NCBI GenBank assembly: GCA_013239625.1
Contig: MU053588.1
Location: forward strand, 2,180,508 to 2,244,507
DNA from: Lama guanicoe
Lineage: Eukaryota
Direction: 5' to 3'
DNA: 64,000 nucleotides
Shown here: positions 22,978-36,000 of the stretch, piece by piece
Numbering within the stretch: position 1 is the stretch's first letter
Layout: every line of letters begins with the position of its first letter
Made by a program: the position numbers and the translations under genes
Notes under the pieces: model-generated
Told to the model about the DNA's origin: nothing
Databases searched by the model: none
The model's input: only the letters and a program-made list of their open reading frames with translations

Positions 22978-25959
22978 ATTACACCTTCTGCTCTAATCCA
23001 GACTCAAGGTGACTTACTCATAGCCCTACCTCTCAGTCTTCCTGGACTAACTTGAGTCCCTGCCCCTCTGGGGCACACGATGGATTATAACACACAGAGA
23101 TCTCACCGAAAAGTCCCATGTGCTTGTGCATGAACTTACTGGGGCACTAGTACTCAAGGGTAATGCCTTCAAACTATTTTAAGACCCAGTACATACAGAT
23201 GTACACATAGAGCTAATGAAACAAAATATCACCAATTACTATTTACCCTTAAGTGTCATATTTAACTTTTTTTTCAGTGCTGTTTGAGACCCTGCTGAAC
23301 TGATTTTTTGACCCTTGCAGTTTGAAAAACACTAGTCTGGGAGTGAACAATACTCATTGGCCTTGGAAATAGGCCCTAGGTCTCATCATGCCTTTCCTGT
23401 GTCCTTGTGAAAATCTCTTCACTTCTCTAAGCCTGCCTTTCCTCATTGCAAAAAAGTATCAACAGAATTTATTTAGTAATTGTTACAGGCCAGGTTCTGT
23501 TCTCAACATTGTCCCACCAATGTTACCCTGTTGCTGTCAATGCAGCTTTGAAGGTTAGGTGCAACAGTGTCTTCAGGGACTTGCTCAAGCTCCCAGGACA
23601 AGTTAGGCGTCGAGGCGGAATTTGAACTCAGGAAATCTGATACAAGAGCCTGTGCTTGGAATTCAGATCATGCTGGAAAATGGAAAGTAATTGCTCTACT
23701 TCTGTCCCTTGTGCTGCTTTGGGCAACCACTTAATTATCGTTTGGGGGCCTCAGTCTCTCAATTTCCACTTCAAGGGTGATTGAAGAGAAAATTCCCTAA
23801 AACCCCAAATTGTTCTCTACCCTCTAATCTATTCTGTGAACTTCCTGCCTGTAACTATAAATATGAGCTGCACAGGCACTTTGCTGGGGAAAAGGGCCCG
23901 TAGCTTCTCATCTGAAGTCTGCTCCAAGGCCTCTTGATTCAGAAACAATGATGAAGAATCCTGCCCTGAGGGATGGAGAGAGCATCTCCTCAAAGTCCCC
24001 CTTTGTCCCCAAGGAGCGGAAACCATCCCCTAGAGTCCATTTCAACCCTTCTCAGAGACCGGGCTCTTGATAGTAATTAGGCAAGCTGCCTAGACCAGCC
24101 TTAAAGAACCTCTTGGTATCCCAAATGGGGAGGCTTCCACTCTGCCCTGTAAGGTCTGGGGGTGAGGGGGTCTCTCCCTGGCGGTGATGGCCATGGGGGA
24201 GGGGACCCTCCCTGCTACCTGGGTAATCAGGAAGTCCAAGCAGGAAGACTCAGTTTGCCCCCTTTCTTCATCCTAAGCAGAGCATTCTCAGGGGAGAAAG
24301 TCCATAGCGTTGATCAGATTCTCAAAAAAGTCGGGAGCTCTTAAAAAAAAAGTTTTAATTTGAAGGAGTTTCCCACATTATACAGAAATGTTTAAATAAT
24401 ATCTTTGAGTCCCCAGACAGAGTTACTAAGCCCCACCCTAGATGCTACTGTGTTGGAAAGATCCTTTTAGAGTCATTTTAAGTGTTTGGCAGAAGGACAG
24501 ATAAGCCTCAGGGATTCTGTAAATGTTGGCTCCAATTTCCTTTTTATAAAATGTTTTATCTTTCACAAATTCTAATAGAAGATACCATGCACCACGCACA
24601 TTCAATTTCTTAACACATTGACCATTTCCAAAATGTTTAAGTGGTCGCGCTAGGCTAAATGCGCTTTTGTGCAGACCTTGGGATAAAGCTTTTTATTCTC
24701 TGAGACTGAACACTTTATCGATCTGCTCTGATCACATAGATGGCTTTCCACCACGTGAAATAAAAGCCAAAGGCCTCACCATGGCCTTCAGGGACCTGTG
24801 TGACCTGCCCCTGCCTGTCTTTCTACCTTTATCTCAAGCTACTCTTGCCCTTGACCACCATGTCCTAGACACACTAACCTCTTCTCTACCCCACCAAAAA
24901 GACAAGCTCATGCCCACCTTGGGGCCTTTGGACTTGCTGTTCCTTTTGCCTGGACCCCTCTGGTCCTGGTCTTTGCATGACTGACTCCTTCTTGTCTTTC
25001 AGAACTTAGTTCAGATCTCACCTCTTTAGAGAGACTTCCCCTGTCCACCCAAAATGCAAAAATCCAATGCTGTCACTTCTTAGCATATTTGAGTTTCCTA
25101 CTTAAGCACTTAACACTAAAGAACATTTTTGTTGTTTATTTGCTATCTTCCCCCAAAATCACAACATGAATCTGCCCATGAAGGCAAACCTCATCTTGGG
25201 CACCACTGTATTCCTGGCCTTTACAACAAAGCCTAACACATAGTTGGGAGCTGGGGATCACTAGATTATTTGTTGACTGAATGTGGTTTTGATTAGGAAG
25301 CTTAAAGCTCTGTACTGGGGTGAATTTTACTTCAGGTCTGAACTTGTCGACTCACAAAAAAGTTGAACAAATAATAATAATAATCTCTTAGCCTTTATTG
25401 AAGAAGTCCCACATATCAGGCACAGTGCTGGGAACTATATCCATGACCTGAATATGCTCCTGCAAGCAGAAGTCTCTGTAAGGCTTATTTTGTAGAAGTA
25501 AACACAGACTCAGAGAGGTGAAGTCTCTTAAAAGATATCACATAGCCAGAATATTGTGGTACCCAAATCCATTTCCAGAGCCGTCTGAGGCCAAGCAAGT
25601 GCACTTTTACCCACAGCACTGGACTTCACCTGCAGGAATCCAGATTTGAGATGCAGCAAAATATCATTTTATGCTGAAGTATGTGGAATTGAATATGAGA
25701 AATACTTAAAACATAGTTTCCCACATTATTAAGAAAAACTGAGATAATATGAATAGCACCATTTTTAGGTCAAGAAAATCATTTCACAGCTGCCGGAAGG
25801 AAGGATTTATAAACTCTATTCATGCTATTGCCACAAGATGGCGCCACAGAGCTGGCCATCCCTGCTGGAACTCAGCCGACTTGCCTGCATTTGGCCTTTT
25901 TGGAGCAAGTTGGATCTTTGGGCTGTTACTGAAACATTCACAGTTTGAAAGGAAACTCT

Positions 25960-26400
25960 GACAGGACACCTAAATGCAACACATGATCGGAACTGGATTC
26001 TGAGCCAGGGGGAAAAATGGCAATAACAAACGTTATTGGGACAACTGATGAAATTGGAATGTGAACTGGGATTTAGATAAGAGGAGTGTATCCATGTCAA
26101 ATTTCATGATTTAAATAGTCGTACCATGCTCAGGAAACAAAATGTTTTTATTCTTAGGAAATACACACTGAAGTACCGTGAGGTAAAGGGGCATGATGTT
26201 CAACTTAACTCTCAAATAGTTCAAAAACACATGTGTATGTATATGTATATGTGGGTGTGCTTATGGAGAGGGGGAGGAGAGAAGAGGGACCCATAAGACA
26301 AATGAAACAAACGGTTGGCAAATCTGGATAAAGAATATACAGGAACCCCTTGTACTATTCTTGCTACTTTGCTGTAAGTTTATAATTATATTAAAATAGT
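25960..26400 (+). mobile_element. Old L1M(C) 3' UTR fragment
   Basis: aaatgcaac...gattctgagccag...ttattgggacaactgatgaaattggaat...tgtactattcttgctacttt pattern. Confidence 0.65.
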
Positions 26401-26801
26401 TACCGCTCCCCCCAAAGCTCTTTCTTTGTAGCCAATGAGAATGTCATTAAAAGGTTCTTTAAGTGGTGGTGCTAATGCTGGTGCTGAAAATCTTCCCTGA
26501 AAATCATTAATTTCAGAGATAAATTAGAACACCACACTGTACTAGGCATTGTTTTAAGCCCTTCACATGAATTGACTCATTTCATCCTCACAATCATCCT
26601 GTGAGGTAGATGCTACTATTACTCCCAATTTAGTGAAGAGGAAACTGAGACACAGAGAGGTTAAGTAACTTACCTAAGATCACACAGCTACAGAGCTCAA
26701 GCTCTTAATCTCAACAGACCATCAGGAAGGTCAGAAGATCGCCAGGATATGCTGTGTTGGTCATTTAGGGAGCAAGCACTGTATTACATATGAAGGAGCA
26801 G

Positions 26802-26957
26802 CAAGGAGTATAGCTCAGTGGTAGAGTATGTGCTTAGCATGCACAAGGTCCTGGGTTCAATCCCCAGGACCTCTGTTTAAAATAATAATAATTATTATTA
26901 TTATTACCTGTCCCCCAGAAAACAAAAACAAACCAAAAAATACCAAAAAAATTTTTT
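26802..26957 (+). mobile_element. tRNA-derived camelid SINE (Vic-1-like)
   Basis: A box tagctcagtgg, B box ggttcaatcc, A-rich tail; approximate TSD atatgaaggagcag / atgtgagggagcag. Confidence 0.88.
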
Positions 26958-27479
26958 AATGTGAGGGAGCAGAAAAGGCAGATTTAGGGGAAAACTTTGG
27001 AACAATGAATGTGGGTTTATGTGCTCTGAACCCCTGCCTCAACCCGAGTTTCAAGTCCATATAAGTCAGTCTTGAATTATGCAAGATTTAGCCAAAGTAA
27101 AATAGGCAAATAAAATGGCTGCTGATGCTGATGTCACTGGACCTGCTAGCTGATAACACTGGAGGAAAAACTAGAGTGTTCCTCAAACAAATCTGATTAT
27201 TCTCAATATTTACTTTTAAAATGCACAAATGGCATAAATTTGAACTTATAAAAGCTAGGTAAATTCCCTTTGCCCCTGCAGTTTAACTCCTAGATGTTCA
27301 CCCTACAAATATGTTCACACACGAGCACAGAGCAGGGGACGCAGGAGGCGCCGTTTGTGATTTAAAAAAAAAAAAGATTTGGAAACCACCTAAGTGTCCA
27401 CAATAAGGGACCAGTTCAAAGGTACATCCACACAGGGAATGTTATGCAGTTACTTTAAAAGGAAGCTCTTTCCAAATAA

Positions 27480-28450
27480 GGACAGGAAAAGATGTTTATA
27501 GATCATTAGCTATCAGGGAAGTGCGAATCAAAACCACAATAATAAGACGTCATTTCACACCCACTAGGATGGCAATAATCATGAAGACAGATAATAAAAG
27601 TGTCATGAAGGACAAGGAGAAACCGGAACCCTCACACACTGCTGGTAGGGAAGTAAAATGGTACAGCCACTTTGGAAAACATTCCAGCATTTCTTCAAAT
27701 GGTTAAAAATAGAATTAACTTACGACCCAACAATTCTACTCCTAGGTAGATACCCAAGAGAATGGAAAACATATATCTATACAAAAACTTGTGCACAAAT
27801 ATTCACAGCAGCATTATTCATAACAGCCCCAAAATGGAAAGAACCCAAATGTCCAGCAACTGGCTAAACAAAATGTGATATATCCATAGAATGCAATATT
27901 AGTCATCAATAAAAAGAAATGAAGTACAGCTACTTGCTACATCAGGAACCTTGAAAACATGCTAAGTGAAAGGAGCCAGACCCAAAAGCCCACAAATTGT
28001 GTGATTCCATTTATCTGAAATGTCAGGGAGCAGGGTATAGCTTAGTGGCAGAGTGCATGCCTAGTGTGCACAAGGTCCTAGGTTCAATCCCCAGTACCGT
28101 ACATCCATTAAAAATAAATAAATAAACCTAATTACCTCCCCTTCAGCAAAAAACAAAAACAAAAAACACCATAGTGAACATTTATTTGAAATGTCCAGAA
28201 AAGGGAAATCTATAGAGAAAGAAAGCAAATTATTGGTTGCCAAGGGCCTGGAGCTGGGGGCAGAGTATGGGAGGACTTGGGGATTGATGCTTAAGGAGTG
28301 TGGGCATTTTTTTGCAGGGTAATGAAAATTTTCTAAAACTGTGGTGATAGATGCACATGTCTTTAACTAAAAGCCATTGAATTGTGCACTTTAAATGGGT
28401 GATCTGGTAAATTGGTATGTGAATTATATCTCAATAAAGTGGGATTTTTT
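27480..28450 (+). mobile_element. Old L1M 3' fragment interrupted by a SINE
   Basis: ORF2-like VQPLWKT...[16 protein letters not shown]...CAQIFTAALFITA; ends tatctcaataaag. Confidence 0.85.
28025..28178 (+). mobile_element. tRNA-derived camelid SINE (Vic-1-like)
   Basis: A/B boxes; 17-bp TSD catttat(c/t)tgaaatgtc at 28008-28024 and 28179-28195. Confidence 0.9.
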
Positions 28451-29055
28451 TAAAAGCTCTTTATGTACTGATATGAAATAATCTCCAGGATATAGTAAAT
28501 TTAAAAAAGCAGAGTGCAAAACTAACATACATGCTTCCATCTGAGTGGGAAAATATTTTTATAAATGAAATATTTCTGGAAGGACACATCAAACCCTGGT
28601 AACACTGATCGCTCCTGGAGAGGGGCCTGGATGGCTGAGGGATCCTGAGTAGGAGAGAGAATTATTTTGTAATGGTTAATAGGTGCCCCCCAAAAGCATT
28701 AAGATTAACACAGTGAAAACCTGTGTGCCCACCATTCAGCTTTAAAAACCACAACCATCCTGTTGAAGGTGCACCTCCCCAGTCACACCCCATCCTACCC
28801 CTGAAGGGATCCACTGTCCTCCGTTTGGAGTTTCTCGTTCCCATGCACTTTATACATCTACACTTATCTGCACCTATAGTATCTATAACCAATATGCACT
28901 ATTTTGCATATTTTATAACTACACATATTCTTCTGTAATTTGCTTTTATCACTCAATATTTTGCTTTATTCATATTGAAACATGCACCTTTAGTTCATTT
29001 TCACTGAAGCATATTACTCCACATCCAATACGTAAGATAATACATCCAATACTGA

Positions 29056-29582
29056 TGTGTAATTTTCCAAGATGGCCATAAAACAATCTCTCATCCCATA
29101 CGCTCTTCATACAGTGAGACACTTACATTCCCGTCATTGAGAGGTAGGGCCTATGTTCCCTCCCTTTGCATCTAGGTGGGCTAGTGACTGTGGAAGAAGT
29201 GAAGCAAGGTGACTTCCAATGCTAGGTTAGAAAAGGCAATGCAGTTTTCCCTGGCTCCCTTGAGAAGCTTGCTCTTGGAATCCAGCCGCCATGTTGTAAG
29301 GAAGCCCAGGCCACATATGGAGAAGCCATATGCAGGCATTCTGGCTGACAGCCCAAACTAAGGTTTTAGCCAAGTGTCAGTATTGGTTAACCACCAGACA
29401 ACTGAGGCTGTTTTCAAGAGGACACCAGCCCTAGCCAAGATCTTACAGCAAGGACATGAGCGCCCCCAAGTTGTAACAGTCTAATTGAGCACAGTCAACC
29501 CCCAGAACCATAAGAGATAATGGTTATTGATTTAAGCCACTACGTTCTGAGGTGGTTCATTATGCATTAGATGATGAGAACA
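29056..29582 (+). mobile_element. MLT1 (ERVL-MaLR) solo LTR
   Basis: TG...CA ends; ccagccgccatgttgtaaggaagcccaggccac and tttaagccactacgttctgaggtggtt motifs. Confidence 0.8.
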
Positions 29583-29999
29583 CCTATGGAACAATCTGTC
29601 CTTTCTCCAGCTGATGGATATTGGGTTGCTCCTAAGTTTATGCTGTTACAACAGTGATTCTATGAACATTCTTATACATGTCCTATGTGCACATGTAAGT
29701 TTCTCCAAAAGGGTTACTGCTGGGTTGGAGAGTATGTCATCTTCAGTTACACTACAGCCTATGAAACTATATTCCAAAATGGTGATACCAACAAACATTC
29801 CAACAGCAGTATATATACTCCTATTACTGCAAATCTTCCCCAACTTTAATTTTCTTTGCCAATCTACTGGGCACAAAGCAGTCTTACTATATATATATCC
29901 TTTTGTACCTTATAATTTTGTATTGTTTGCATGAATCAATTCAAAATAAACATTAAATGTACGCTAAGAAATTACTGCTTTTCTGTTTTAAGCATGTTT

Positions 30000-31270
30000 T
30001 ATATATTGGAGTTCCATATTAAGGTGACATTTTTTAAAAGGAGGTATTGCTCCAGTAGCAACAAGCACATCTTGTGCCTAGACCTTGGTTTCTAACACTG
30101 TTTTACAGTGAAAGGAACTGGAGTTTCTTGTACAGGACAAGCCTGAAGGCTTTGTAGTGCCAGAAAGTAAGGAAATGTTAAGAAAACAAAATTTTAAAAC
30201 CCTAAATCAACCCCACAATAATGAAAGTCTGTCAAAGGGACACAGGAGCCAACTGAAAGAGTGCCCAATGGCCAAAGCTGGAATAATGTAACCAACAAAA
30301 TAAATACAGTTTTGGATTACAACCCGAAGTACAAAATAAATATCCATGAATTGGGGGAGGAGGGCATAGTTTAGTGGTAGAGTGCGTGCTTAGTATGCAT
30401 GATGCCCTGGGTTCAATTCCTGGGACCTCCACTAAAAATAATAAATAAATAAACCTAATTACCTCCCCCTGACAAAATTTTTAAAAATCCATGAGTCCAT
30501 ACTGATAAAAATAAATGATTGAATAAGGTAATGAATAAAAAGAAGAGACAAATCTCCCTTGCAGAATAATTCCCAGTAATTTACATCAGTACCTTGCCCT
30601 CAAGAAGGTGGAGTATAAGGACCCCACGCCTCAGGGGACTGACTTCTTTTCAAAGCGTCCCATATGGAAAGGGAGGAAGAAGTTTAACTTGACAGTAGAG
30701 AAACCTGACAGAGGATGACCAAGCCAGGTGATCAAGGGTAACATAAAAGCGATAAATCATGTCAACAGCATGCACCCTAGATACGATGCAATAAAATGGT
30801 ACTTTCCCTATGAGCTCTTCCTCTGAAAAACATATAACCCCAGTCTAATAGTGAGACAAACATCAGACATCACAATTTGAGGGACATCCTATAATATACT
30901 TCAGCATATTTCAAAACTTTCGAGGTCATCTAAGACAAGTCTGGGAAACTGCCATAGCCAAGAGGAGTCCACAGAGACATGACAACCCCTTATTTGTGGA
31001 CATAAACGTTTGGCAACATAATGCTGTCAAATTTGACAACATAAATCTAATACAGTATCCTGGAATAGAAAAAGATATTAAAACTAAGGAAGTCTGAATC
31101 TGTTATGGGCTCAAGTTAATACAAATGTACCAACAATGGTTTGTTAATTGTAACAGATGGATCATATTAATGTAACATGTTAGTAACTGTGAATAACAGG
31201 GGAAACTGGATATGAGATATAGGGAAACTCTGTACCAAGCATATTTCTTGATTTTTCTATAAATCTAAAA
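30000..31270 (+). mobile_element. Old L1M 3' UTR region interrupted by a SINE
   Basis: ttgctccagtagcaacaagcac, gagaaacctgaca, aggggaaactggatatgag motifs of L1MC-type 3' ends. Confidence 0.65.
30353..30482 (+). mobile_element. tRNA-derived camelid SINE (Vic-1-like)
   Basis: A/B boxes, aaataaacctaattacctccccc tail, approximate TSD atccatga(a/g)t. Confidence 0.87.
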
Positions 31271-31282
31271 AACAGCCTGTTA

Positions 31283-33071
31283 TCAACCGAAAGAGGAACA
31301 TGCCAAAGTACACAGTAGTCAAACTGACAAAAATTAAGGATAAGGAGAATATATTAAAATCAGCAAGAAAAAAGCAACAAATAATATACAGGGGAACTCC
31401 CATACCGCTATCAGTTGATTTTTCAGCGGAAATTCTACAGGCCAGAGGGAAATGCATAATATATTTAAAATGATAAAAGGCAAAACCTTACAACCAAGAA
31501 TACTCTATCCAGAAAGGCTCTCGTTCAGATTTGATAGAGAAATCAAAAGCTTCACAGATAAACAAAAGCTAAAAGAATTCAGCACTACCAAATCAGCTTT
31601 ATAACAAATGTTAAAGAAACTTCTCTAGGTATCCAACCACAAGAGACCAAAAAGAAGAAAGGGGGAAAAAAAGACCTACAAAAGATTGCTTTGGCAATTC
31701 AGGGTCTTTTATGGTTCCATATAAATTTTGGAATTGTTTGTTCTAGTTCCATGGAAATTGTCTGTTCTAGTTCCATGGAAATTGTCATGAGTATTTTGAC
31801 AGGGGTTGCATTGGACCTGTAGATTGCTTTGGGTAGTGTGGCCATTTTGATAAAGTTGAGTCTTCCAATCCAAGAGCACAAGATATCTTTCCATTTATTT
31901 GTATTATCTTCAATTTCCTTCATCTGTATTTTACAGTTTTCAGAGTAGAGGTAAGTTTATTTCTAGGTATTGTATTGCTTTTGATGCAATGGAAATGTTT
32001 ATGCCAGTTATAAAACTCTGGGTTTTGAAATGCCCCGCCCCCTAAAAAGTGAATGAAAGGCTGCAAATGGCAAAATATCCTTTTTTGTGGGTGAGTTGTA
32101 TTCCATTGCATATATGTGCTACATCTTCTTTATCCATTCATCTATTGATGTGCACTTAGGATGCTTCCATGCCTTGGCAATTATAAATGGTGCCACTGTT
32201 AATGGCCAGGTGTATGTATCTTTTTGAATTAATGTTTTTGTTTTTCTTAGGTTTATGCCAAGGAGTGGAATTGCTGGGCTGTATGGTGGTTCTGTTTTTG
32301 TGTTTTTGAGAAACCTGCATATTACTTTCCATAGTGGCTGCACCAACTTACACTCCCACCAACACTATACAAGGGTTCCCTTTTCTCCACATCCCTGCCA
32401 ACATCTGTTATTTGTGTTCTTTTTGATGATGGCCATTCTGACAGGTGTGAGATGATACCTCACTGTGATTCTGATTTGCATTTCCCTGATATTAGTGATG
32501 TTGAGCAACTTTCCATGTTCCTGTTGGCCATCTGCACTTCCTCTTTTGGAAAAATATCTTTCAGTTCTTCAGACCGTATTTTAAATGGGCTGTTTTTTTG
32601 GTTTGCTTTTTAACTGAAGTACAGTTGATTTAAAATGTTGTAATAGTTTCTGGTGTACAGCATGGGTGGACTTGGAAGGCGTTAAGCTAAGAGAAATAAG
32701 TCACAGACAAAGACAAATACTGTATCACTTGCATGGGGAATCTAAAAAAATACAACCAACTAGTGAATATAACAGAAAAGAAACAGACTCACAGATGTAG
32801 AGAAGGAACTAGTAGTTACCGGAGGGGAAGGGGGAGGGGCAAGATGGAGGTGGAGGATTAAAAGGTACAAACTATCAGGTAAAAAATAAGCTTCAAGGAT
32901 GTGCTGTACAACATGGGGAATAGAGCCAATATTTTATAATAACTACAAATGGAGTATAACCTTTAAAAATTGTGACTCACTATATTGTGTACCTGTAACA
33001 CAGAATATTGTACATCAACTATACTTCAATTAAAAAAATATGATATTGTAAAATAAATAAAGTTAAAAAAG
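31283..33071. mobile_element. Rearranged LINE-1 mosaic (sense ORF1 end, two antisense ORF2 pieces, sense 3' end)
   Basis: ORF2-like translations on the minus strand (31699-31923, 32119-32346); sense 3' UTR 32661-33070; 14-bp near-perfect TSD. Confidence 0.88.
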
Positions 33072-36000
33072 AAAATAGCCTGTTACTAGGAAAAAAAAAA
33101 AAGGAGGCATTGCCTAATTGAAGAAATTTGCGAGGGTCCAGTTTGCTGTTCACAAAGCAGGTAAAATTCCATGTAGGTAAGAGTAAGGCCTTCAAAAGCA
33201 GGTCTGTAAGAGCAGCACTCACAAAACTAAGCTTTGATTCCCAAAGGAGGGGTCAAGGTGGCCGCCACCCAACTCCTGGCCCATCTGAGCAGCACCAGGC
33301 TCGGGTACTGGAGGAAGGGGCAATGAGGCTGGCTGGCCTGGCCCCGGGCTGCCTGTCACAGCCACTGCAAGTTCCCATCTTGCTTTAACATCCACTGGTA
33401 TGAGCTACCAGCGGGGGTGATGTGTCCATCCAAACAGAATCACCCGCCTGGGCTGGCCCAGATCGGGCTCTGCGATTTAGCAGGAGCCCTGGGCTCACTG
33501 CACTTCCACTTCCACGTGTTTCTGGGACGAGACTAGGAAGTTCCTGCCTTTCGTGGTACTGCCCTCAACCTGAGGACTCGACAAGTCCATCAACTTAGCA
33601 CAGCACATATTTTACACTTCCTGGCACTCAGGTGGTGGTCAGTATTAACCCTTAGCACCCCCTGATTCACCTCCTCCAGCAGTCTCCAATTAGAAGAGCC
33701 CAGCTGCTCTTAATTCCTTTCTGGGATGGGGTGATGTATGCATAAGTAAGTCATCTAAAGAATGCCAGTCATCTTGGGGGAGAGCCTAGTTCAGATCTGC
33801 TATTGACCCAGTATCAGCATTTGCACTGAGGTGATATAATCAGAGTTCTTCAAGTTAACCAGAGTGGACCCCACATGTGAACAAGGTTATCCACTGCAGC
33901 ACGACTTGTAATAGCAAGGAACTGGAAACAACCTCAATTCCCTTCCAAAAAGGACTGGTTAAGTAAGCCAGGCCGTTAATATGCGTGTGTGCTCGTGTAT
34001 GTGTACCACGTGCTCCTCCGGTTGTATGTATGCATGTGTGTCTGTGTGTACGCACACACACAAACACACCTCTGAAGGGTTACTCAAGACACTGGTAACA
34101 TTGGTGGCCTCTGAGGAAAGGACGGGGGAACTAGGAGACTTAGGAAGAGACTTCTCACCATGAAGCCCTTTGTATCTTTGCATTTTGAACCGTGTGTATG
34201 TACTATTTATGCTCAAAAATGTTTCATAGAACCAAAGAAAAAACAATGGACCCCTGTGGTTCACAGCTGTTGGGGCTGGTTTGGGGGAACCACCAAATCA
34301 AATGGGTGGGACACTGGGGCTCTGGAGAGGCTGAGAGGCCGAGGAGGTGTCCGGCTCCGGTCTGTCTGGCAGACGGTGGCTGGATGGACATGACTCTTAA
34401 GGCCTGATGCCTTCCGGAGCTGCAAATGCTCCTCAGGGTAAGTGGGTGGGGGCAGGGTAACACATACACATAGATGACTCTAGAAAATCCAAAACCACTA
34501 TCCTAGGACCCCACCCTCTCCTCTCCTAAAGGGCCCTGTTTCAAATCAGCAACTGAGGCAATGCAGGGCAGGGGTTAAGGGACGAGCATCTCGGTCACCT
34601 CCCTGACGTCAAACCCAGTGCGGCCACTCACCAGCTGGTGAGGCCTTCAGTTTACTCCCCTCTGAGCGTCTGGAGAGAGAGCAAGCAACAAGACTTACCT
34701 CGTAACAGGTAAGCTGCTCATAATAAGTGAGCCATACATGTTTTTGTAACGTTTTAGTCCCAATTACACATCAAGAAATTACCCTGTGCTCATAAACTTA
34801 GTAACTGGAACTCTTCTAGTTAATTCTGGCAGTTGCTAAAATTATCCATGACGTGGAACTTGAAATTACTAGGGGGAGAGAAAGAGTTGATCAGCAAGGA
34901 AAGCGTGTATGGGTGTGAGCGCCTCCTTGTGGCCCTGATGTAAAAGGGCAGCCTCTGGAACCAACTTCGCCATCACTTGCTGTCCTGAGATTCAACCTCA
35001 AGGAGTCCCTCGAGGGTATGGCCTGGGCCCTCACCGGGAGCGGGGTCTGCAGCTGCTCTCTCTACCACTGTCCCTTATACTGAAGTCCGGCCCCTCACAG
35101 CGCAGGCCCAGAGCTTGGGACACTGGCTGACACACAGTAGCCTCCCAACACAATGTTACTGGAAAACTAAGTGGATGGTCACTTTGGGGGAACAAAAACA
35201 AGTCTGGAGATGGATGATATGGTGACGGTTATACAACAATACGAATGTACTAAAGGCCACTGAACAGGACACTTAAAAATAGTTCAAATGGTAAATTTTA
35301 TGTTACATCTATTTCACCACAATGAAAAAAAAAATGGATGAAGTCTAACCTCATCTTTACCTGCCATTAGCAACCCCCCCGCAAGCCCCCGACCACTCCT
35401 TTGCAATCTCCTTATCAGATCCTGTTCTCTATATGGGAAAAGGGCCCAACTCCCTTCCAAGCCCCCTCCTCTCTCTACGCCCTTTTCCAGCTGGTTATCA
35501 CCAGGCCCTTGATGCTGTTCCCTGAGCACTCCCTGAAGCCGGCCTAGGTGGCCCCTGAGCACCAGTGGCCTGCTCAGCTCAGTCAACACGCTGAACACTG
35601 AGCACCCTCCTGCCCCCACCCTGTCTCCCAGCCTCCCCAGCCTCCTGTTTCCACAAACAGAACCCTCCTCTAGATGCTCGAGTCCCCCATCCAGGCGTGA
35701 TCCACACCCCCATCTTCCCCATGCCCCAGTGTCCAGTCCATCCTCATGGAGAACCCTGCTCCCCCTCCTCCGAAGCGCACCTGAGGTCCACCCACTCTCC
35801 TCCCCACTCCACCACCTCACCCCACGCTGCCTCCCTGCTCCCGTCCCTGCCCTCCCAACAATTTGTCCTCCTCACAGTGGCCCAAGCGATCTTCATAAAA
35901 TGCAACTCTCATCATCACCTTCCCAATTCACACCCTCCCAAACTCCTCAATGCTCCTGGGAGGAAGTCCAGATCCCACAGGCCACGCTGGTCTTCTCTCT

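Noticed and set aside
26802..26880. tRNA-like sequences with A and B boxes (also near 14100, 28030, 30360, 50500, 54020)
   Set aside because: A-rich tails, TSDs and degenerate stems identify them as SINE heads, not tRNA genes.
34604..34611. Perfect CRE palindrome TGACGTCA
   Set aside because: Single 8-mer in MIR-like sequence without promoter context; about one is expected by chance in 64 kb.
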